Source: Chrysomallon squamiferum
Taxonomy: Eukaryota; Animalia; Mollusca
DNA: 64,000 bases
Direction of reading: 5' to 3'
Assembly (NCBI GenBank): GCA_012295275.1
Contig: CM022679.1
Coordinates: 24,428,001-24,492,000 of the forward strand
Shown: in pieces, positions 56,836-64,000 of the stretch
How positions within the stretch are numbered: position 1 is the stretch's first letter
Layout of the letters: each line of letters begins with the position of its first letter
Notes under the pieces: generated by a model
The model's input: only the letters and a program-made list of their open reading frames with translations
The model's database searches: none
Told to the model about the DNA's origin: nothing
Made by a program: the position numbers and the translations under genes

Positions 56836-57862
56836 CAAAGTAATATTATAAAAGTTATCATCTAATATGCAACAGATTTTGTAAAAACAACAACAACAAC
56901 AATAACAATAATAATAATAATAATAATAATATTTATTATTAAAAAAATAACATAAATAAAAAAATAAAGAACTAAATAAAAACATGTCATAAGAATCAAC
57001 AAATAAATAGGATAAATGAAGAAAATAATCTAAAATGGTGTTGGCCAAATAGCAAAAGCTGTTTTTAAATGAGTATTGTGCATGTGCACATGCGCTTGTT
57101 TGTGTTTGTGTCCGTGTATACATGTATGTGTGTGGTTGTGTGCGTGTGTTTGCGTGAGCAACTGTGTCACTGTATATCTGTATATAGGTATGTATGTACG
57201 AGTATGAGTTTATCTGTGTATATGTTTGGGTCCATCTCTCTGCAAATTTTGCATTCACATTAATACTATTATATATCGTTTACGTCATAACTACAGACGA
57301 AACAAATCACATATGTGTGTTTTTACAAGATTAAAGATCTCATCTCACGATTTGTTCGGAGTCCAGTTACATTCATTACTGAAAACAATCTTTTAAAACG
57401 TTTTCTTTGTTAAGAAATAGCCCGAGTGACAAGTATTCATTTGATTTAATATGAACTTATGGGAGCACTTAAAACAAAGCGAAAAAAAAGATCAAATGAA
57501 ATTGTCTATAATATTTAGTCACAACACTGATACCAATGATAGGTAATAATAAAATATATTTTGTACTAACCAATGGTTGTTTTTTTCTTTAAGAAAGGAA
57601 ATCGAAGGACGACGACGAGATGAGACAAATTTAATTTAGTTATTTATTTTAACTACAGTAACAGAACTTTTTTCATTTAAAAAACAAAAGAAAAATAAAT
57701 AAATAGATAAGCCCAAATTATTTAATATTTTCCGTGTCCGTGCTTCAGTATAAGTGACTGAAAGCTTCTATTCACATTCAAGCATTTAAAACTCGATATT
57801 TTCCTGACTGCAGAAAGAGACTGTCGGGGTTACCTCCCTCTTACAAAATAAATCTGTATGCT

Positions 57863-57954
<92 letters not shown>

Positions 57955-58064
57955 TCCATAAACAATTAATTATAAGCTTTATTTTGAATGGCAACTCCAA
58001 ATTTTAAGCAATTATATTAATTAGCTGATATTTTGTTCAATTCTTTTTTTCTTATCTTTCTTTA

Positions 58065-58320
58065 TTCCGTCGGCTATGGTTCTGCGTTACTTTAACCTGA
58101 ATGAGTTATCGTTCGTTAATACTAGAGGTCGCGACGTATTGCGTCGTCTGCAAGATTGGAAGTTAAAAATGTAGGCTTGATGGCGATGTTTGTGAATTTC
58201 ATTCGTTCATGTGGATCACTGTCACTTAGAGGACCGGGCACTGAGTTAGTTCCCATTTCTTTGGAAGTGTTGTTTTCAATAGGAACCTTTGCATAAAAGG
58301 AAATACGGATCTGATGCGGA
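58065..58320 (+). promoter_or_regulatory. Probable promoter / non-coding first exon region of the TEX14-like gene
   Basis: Last CpG-rich patch (GGTCGCGACG, GCGTCG, ACCGGG) before an abrupt CpG-poor domain. ATG 60533 has an acceptor 4 nt upstream, implying an upstream non-coding exon. Candidate donor AAAAT/GTAGGC at 58171. The exact TSS cannot be determined. Confidence 0.45.
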
Positions 58321-59538
58321 TACTTTTTAAAATTCACACTCAAAACAATTTTATTTGAAATTTGAAATTTAACTCATCTTTATATGATTCTTTATTATTT
58401 TAAGTAATTAAAACAAAAAGATTAAATGTTCAGTATATAGATGTTAATCATTTCTGTTATGTCATTCCAATAACACTGAATTATGTTCGTGATAAAATAA
58501 TAATAACAAATTAATTAATTTATTCATTAATTTAATTTATCAAATTGTTTCACATAAATAATAAAAAAAAAAATGTGTTTTTAATAACTAAATAAAACAT
58601 AGTAAATTAATAAATGCTAATACTAAATACATTGTTATTATTTAGAGCTTTTCTCAATTTTTTTTCTTTATGGTGGAAATAAATCAAAATACTAGTTGAC
58701 ACTTCAAGACCCATGCACTGATTTATATTTATATGTTTTTAATACTGTTTTTCATTTTTTATTTCCTTTTATTATCCGAGTAATACAGAATGTAATATTT
58801 CATGTTACTGTTTTAGACATGTAAAGGAATATATATGAAATTGGAAATTCTAACATGCTTTTATTTCTTTCTTTCTCTTTTTTTCTTTTCTTTTTCTTTT
58901 TTTTTTTACATGTCTTAGACGTCATTTGCATGGTTGGCTGCATCTTCCAGTTTTTCTTTAGAGGATTTGAGCAAAATGCATGTTGTTTTTGATTTAATTA
59001 AAAATAATAAAGAAAGGCAAGGAAAATAAGTCAACTTTATGAAAATTATAATCTTAGAAACAGAGTTGTTTAAAAATGTTTATATTTTTTTTTACAGAAA
59101 TCAAAGTATAACATTCTTGTTACTTGTAGATTGGTAGTTTATTTGATTACATCAAATAAGAACTAGTATAATACATAAACTTATATTCAGAGGAGTTAAA
59201 GTTCACATATAAGAACAAGTTTCTAATATTTCCACAAGATTAAAGGCCAAATAAATCTTGGATCATTCATGTAGAAAAAAATATCAGCCATTAAAAATAA
59301 TTTGATAAATATCCAGAATTGTAGAAAGTGAAAAACATAGGTTGCATACTGTTAATCTTTTATTAATGTATGAACTACTCTCTTGTAAAAGAGAAAGTTA
59401 AGGTAATTTATGATAATTTTTAGGTTGCTTAAAATGCTTTCTAACATTAAATTTCACTACATGCCTGTATCAGATCAATAATTTTTCATTATTAACATCA
59501 AGACAAACTACAAAAAAAAAAGAAAAAAATAAAGAAGA

Positions 59539-59583
<45 letters not shown>

Positions 59584-60532
59584 CAAATTAGTCTGTTTTG
59601 TTTTGAGGCATGTACAAAATCACTATAAAATTACATTAATAGTGACTTTAATGTTCAACTTCATGCAATTATTTTGTACAAATAGCCAGTGCTGATTACC
59701 CAGGTTTCCTTTATTTTTATTTTTGTTTACTTATTTATTTTTGTTTTGTTTCACTGTTCCTTGTGATGTATTTAAAATAAAATGTTATCTTCTGAATAAA
59801 TTTATTTATATAAAAGGTTCAAATTAATGATATAAAATATTACAGAGCATTTCATTTTATTAGCCAAATGCTAACTTAACCTTTCAGTTTCTTTTCTGAA
59901 GTGAAGATAAAAGTGAATATTCTCACTTCTTACTAAAGGTACAGCTTATAGACTGATATACCAAGTGCCATGGATATTACCATTTACAGAATCTTTTTTT
60001 TTTTTTTTGTTTAATGTTCTATTATTATATGAATATTATGAGAATGTGAGACAAATATTTCTCATCATATGACACTAATAGCAAAAGATGGATGAAAAAA
60101 CTATTTTTATTTGATGTGGTGTCAAATAATTATAATGTGCTAATATTTTAAATAAATGAAGCTGCTTTTGTACAGTCATGATAAACTATTACCTTGTATC
60201 ATTTCTGTTATATTGAAGATTTACAATTTAAGACCTATAATTTATTTTTTATTGGTATAAATATTATTTATTTCTTTTTTTCTACTGACAAATGAAAGTT
60301 TGTTTATGGGCTGGAATTATATACATACATACATGCATTGAATTTATTGTTTTTAGGTTATTTTTACCCTTATGCTTAATATAATAAATTACTAAATGAT
60401 TATTCAAAGGCAGCTACACATTCCATGCTAAGGAATGATTTAGAAGTCCTGTAAAACAACTATGAAACAACTGAAAAATATTTTAAATTTGAACATACTG
60501 TAATCTGTATATTATTATATATTAACAGAGAA

Positions 60533-60671
60533 ATGTCAAAAAAAAATCGTACAGTTGGTTTGGACCCATTTCATCTGGGAAATATAGTTAGTGGAGATGT
60601 TCTTGGTTCTCAGCTTCATGATGCAGCAATTTCAGGCAACACACGACAATTAAAAAATGTTCTTAAAAGGG
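60533..60671 (+). CDS. TEX14: TEX14-like gene, coding exon 1 (MSKKNRTVGLDPFHLGNIVSGDVLGSQLHDAAISGNTRQLKNVLKR/G)
   Basis: Acceptor CAG 60526-60528 lies just before ATG 60533; phase-1 donor GTATGA at 60672. Start of ankyrin repeat 1; resembles the vertebrate TEX14 N-terminus as recalled ([29 protein letters not shown]). Confidence 0.85.
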
Positions 60672-61289
60672 GTATGAGACAGTATCTCCTTGCTTTTGTT
60701 TATCTTTATGTGTGTTTTTATCTCTTTCATTAGAATACTTTATTGTTCTTTATAATTATGAACAAATATAAAAATTAAATAAACATTATCTAATCTGTTA
60801 CATTTTTCAGTAGTATGTACTTTTGTTTTGGAGTTTAAGGTTTTATGTTTGTTTTTCTAAATTGTATATCATTTAGTAACAGAGAAAATACACAGAGCAT
60901 ATGAATACAAAAACAACTTTGAATGTGAGCAAAAACAGTAGATACATACCAGTACAACTTATATGTAAACTAATAGTTTTAAAGGCTGGATATAAGAAGA
61001 TTGTGATAATCAAAGTATTTTCTGCAGATTGATTCATTCATTTTTCTATGAATTACAAAAATATTACCTATCAGTTTATCATGTTTAAAAATATCAAAAT
61101 TTATATTTACTATAAATTACTCTTCTGGTTCTCTGTTTGCATATGATTTACTAAGATAAAGTGTTTAGATTATTTATTTATTTTTATATAAATTTTTAAA
61201 AACAAAATGATTGACTAGACAAATTAATTAGTAAAAAATAAAAAATTACAATGAACTGTCACTGAAATTTGAAAAACATGTTTATTCAG

Positions 61290-61404
61290 GCATAAATGTT
61301 GATTATCCCAATGATGCGGGACAAACTCCACTTTTCTGTTCTTGTTATGCTAACCAAGAACGAACTGTTCAAATACTTCTCAGTTATGGTGCAAACCCAA
61401 ATGA
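61290..61404 (+). CDS. TEX14: TEX14-like coding exon 2 (GINVDYPNDAGQTPLFCSCYANQERTVQILLSYGANPN/E), ankyrin repeat
   Basis: Acceptor TTTATTCAG ending 61289, donor GTATGT at 61405; phase 1 to 2 keeps frame with flanking exons. Ankyrin GQTPL...GANPN motif. Not in the supplied ORF track. Confidence 0.9.
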
Positions 61405-62502
61405 GTATGTTTTAAGTATAACATATTTGTTGCTAATTTTTCTCATTTTTAAATAAACTTTTTGTTATTTTATTTTATTTTTTGTTTTGGTTTGTATTTT
61501 TGTCTTATCTTTTTTGTTTGTTCTTTTGTTATTAATATTTATTTATTTTATTTTATTGTTGGTGAAGATTTTATTTTTGTATTCTTTTTTTTAATTCTTT
61601 TTGTATAATTTTAAATGAATTTGGATATAAAGTTTTCAAATTAATAACAAATTTCAAAGTTTTCAAAAAACAACATTCCTTCTAAATTATAACATTTTAT
61701 TCTGGTCAACATTTTTCTTTTTCTGAAACCATTAGAAAAGAATATTTCCATTAATTCATGATATGATTATAATATGCAATAATTATATGCTTATGTTTTA
61801 TTTCAGTTGCTTTTCTTTCAGCTTTTTATAAAATTTATATTTTTCTTTTTTTCTTTTTTTTTATTTCCAAAAATTTTAATTTTGCTATTTTTTTATATAT
61901 TTTTTTTATTATTATTATTATTTTTAATTTTTTAATTATTTCTTTTCTTTAATATTTTGATGTTAAGCTTTAATTTATTGTTTTAAGTTATATTAATTCA
62001 AGTTACATTATTTGGCAATATGTTGTTTTGTCATGATATCAATATTAATAATCTTACAATTAATGTCTTATGGTATGAATAACCCATACATTGTAATTCA
62101 GTGTAATCTGATGATGGTACCATTAATACCAATACTGTTAAATTATCTGATTTGCAAAAATGATTATACTGTTCAGTTTTAAAATTTGTAACATAATTGA
62201 AACATCAAAGTATTGAAATTAAGATTACAAATAATTTGTATTGTTCAATCTGTCTGTGAAGAGTGCATTATTATTACTAAGCATTTAGTATTTATCCTTG
62301 TGTCTTTTGTGACAATTTATTATTTTCAAAATAAATTAATTCATTACTTTGACTTTAGATGCTGTGTTTTATGGTATATTTTTCTATATTAACACATTTT
62401 ATTTTAGTTGAGACATAAAGTACAGCTGATCTCTTGTTATTCTTTTGTTATTTTTAGGCAGCTTGATGATCTTAAAATTATTGATATTTTTAAATTTTAC
62501 AG

Positions 62503-62751
62503 AAAAAGTAATGATGGGACAACACCAATACATGCCACAAGTTACACTGGAAACATCAACTTGTTGGTATCACTTATCAAAGCCGGAGGAGACCTTCGGC
62601 TTCATGACAGAGATGGAAAGACAGCCAATGATTGGGCAGCATTGCAACCTGACCCTACCAAACGTTACAAAATGCTGGAGTTCTTAGAAAAATCTCATTT
62701 ATTTGCCATGACTCACAGTGGAGGGGATTCAGCATCAAAACTTCTTGCAGA
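62503..62751 (+). CDS. TEX14: TEX14-like coding exon 3 ([45 protein letters not shown]...KLLA/E)
   Basis: Acceptor TTTTACAG ending 62502, donor GTAATA at 62752. The stretch DGTTPIHA...GN..L...L..[9 protein letters not shown]..G matches vertebrate TEX14 as recalled ([35 protein letters not shown]). Confidence 0.9.
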
Positions 62752-63125
62752 GTAATAAATAAATCAATTCTGATTAAAAACTTTTGCCTTGTACTAATAT
62801 GTAATGTCCAGTAAATATTTTATTTTTCCTGCAAAAACTTGTACAGATAAAAAAAAAATTAAATAGTAGTAACTGGCTCTTATTCTAAATTAAAATATAT
62901 TCTTGTCACACAGAAACTGAAAATATTGTTTAATAATCCAGAAACAATTTTTTAACATAACATGAAAACAAATTGTTACTGTTTAATAGCTGTAATATTA
63001 ATTTCTAATTTCCAAAGCTACATGCCTATATTGATTATAAAACTGTATTATCTATACCATTAAACAATCAGAATCTTTTTATGCTGACATGTTCTGATAT
63101 CATATTTTTATATATATATTATTAG

Positions 63126-63243
63126 AGGTACACTCATTGAAAAGAAACGTTCCATTGTCCAGATGATCAAGAAAAAAGTTGCAAAAGTCCCTTCAGTAAC
63201 TTATGATCCTTTGAGAAGAGTTAACAGCACAGGTTTTGGATGC
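63126..63243 (+). CDS. TEX14: TEX14-like coding exon 4 (GTLIEKKRSIVQMIKKKVAKVPSVTYDPLRRVNSTGFGC)
   Basis: Acceptor TAG ending 63125, donor GTAAGT at 63244; phase 2 to 0 stays in frame. Ends in GFG like TEX14 SFGFGK. Confidence 0.85.
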
Positions 63244-63632
63244 GTAAGTATTATTTTAGACAAACTGGAATTGCTCCATATAAGCACTGAATTGTTTCAG
63301 GGTCTTTATGAAGAGCATAGCTCTATATGTGGGTATATGTGTCTCTGTGTGTGTGTGTGTGTGCACATAGTTCAAGAAAATGGGGTAAGGTGCAAGCTGG
63401 TTCATTTTTCATGCTCTTGCCGGTTAAACCTGAGGCTTAAACTGTTCAGTAGTTTTAATGAATGTAGTTGTAATGTACAGAATGAGTAATTAACTTTTAA
63501 AATAAATATCTGATCCCATTTATTTAAATTTGGCATCATGCCAAACATCTTAGAAGATTTTCTGAATTAGCAAAGTTAACAAACTGTGAATTTTAAAATT
63601 CTGACATGTACATTAGTGACTTTATATTTCAG

Positions 63633-63757
63633 GTTTACATCGGAAGTGATGACCATGGAGCAATAGTCTCAACAATTCCCTTAGTCAGTGAATCAAATCT
63701 TCATCATGACCCTCATGGTATCACTTATGAAAATGGAGCTTACTTAGTTATGGAGAG
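63633..63757 (+). CDS. TEX14: TEX14-like coding exon 5 (VYIGSDDHGAIVSTIPLVSESNLHHDPHGITYENGAYLVME), approach to kinase-like domain; gene continues beyond window
   Basis: Acceptor TTTCAG ending 63632, donor GTTTGT at 63758. Resembles TEX14 FYL...SLPVIGEKEV...SGPYMVMTN as recalled. Confidence 0.82.
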
Positions 63758-64000
63758 GTTTGTTAATATATAAATATCCCATTATTTACATATTGAATAT
63801 AGTAATATTAAGGTCTTGTTTTTAATAAGTTATAAATGACTATTTTGGATAATGTTATAATATTTAGATATTTTAAAAGAAACACTGTTTAATTTATATT
63901 AATAATAATATATTTTGGGGATTATTTTGAATTAGAATTTGTGATCTTTGGATGTTAATGAAATTATATTTTTCATTTTATCATTTTGTTATGCATATTC

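Noticed and set aside
62408-62502. N-terminal part of ORF 62408-62755 (and the tails of ORFs 60533-60733 and 63163-63489)
   Set aside because: Intron read-through; similarity to TEX14 stops at canonical splice sites.

Overview
AT-rich, microsatellite-dense eukaryotic (animal) DNA. It is probably from a mollusc, most likely a gastropod; this is inferred from a decayed tRNA-derived SINE I recognise from memory and is unverified. There are two protein-coding genes, both on +. (1) A class A GPCR of the FMRFamide/sex-peptide/myosuppressin-receptor-like group with an intronless CDS ending at 44322. Its best start (ATG 43223) is one base out of frame with the 7TM ORF. (2) The first five coding exons of a TEX14-like ankyrin/pseudokinase gene (60533-63757, continuing past the window), whose gene body is sharply CpG-depleted. 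The first ~42 kb is non-coding and probably holds the GPCR promoter and non-coding first exon (~5.2-5.5 kb) plus a ~37 kb 5'UTR intron region ending at a strong acceptor (42708-42709). The most unusual feature is a near-perfect inverted copy of that putative first exon and its 5' splice site, inserted 35 kb downstream (40182-40400) between 12-bp direct repeats. It could fold back on the exon as a ~185-bp RNA duplex. Also present: a dead Tc1/mariner transposase on -, several SINE relics, a 31-bp higher-order minisatellite and several old degenerate tandem repeats. Nearly all other ORFs in the supplied track are microsatellite artefacts. All counts and alignments were done by eye.
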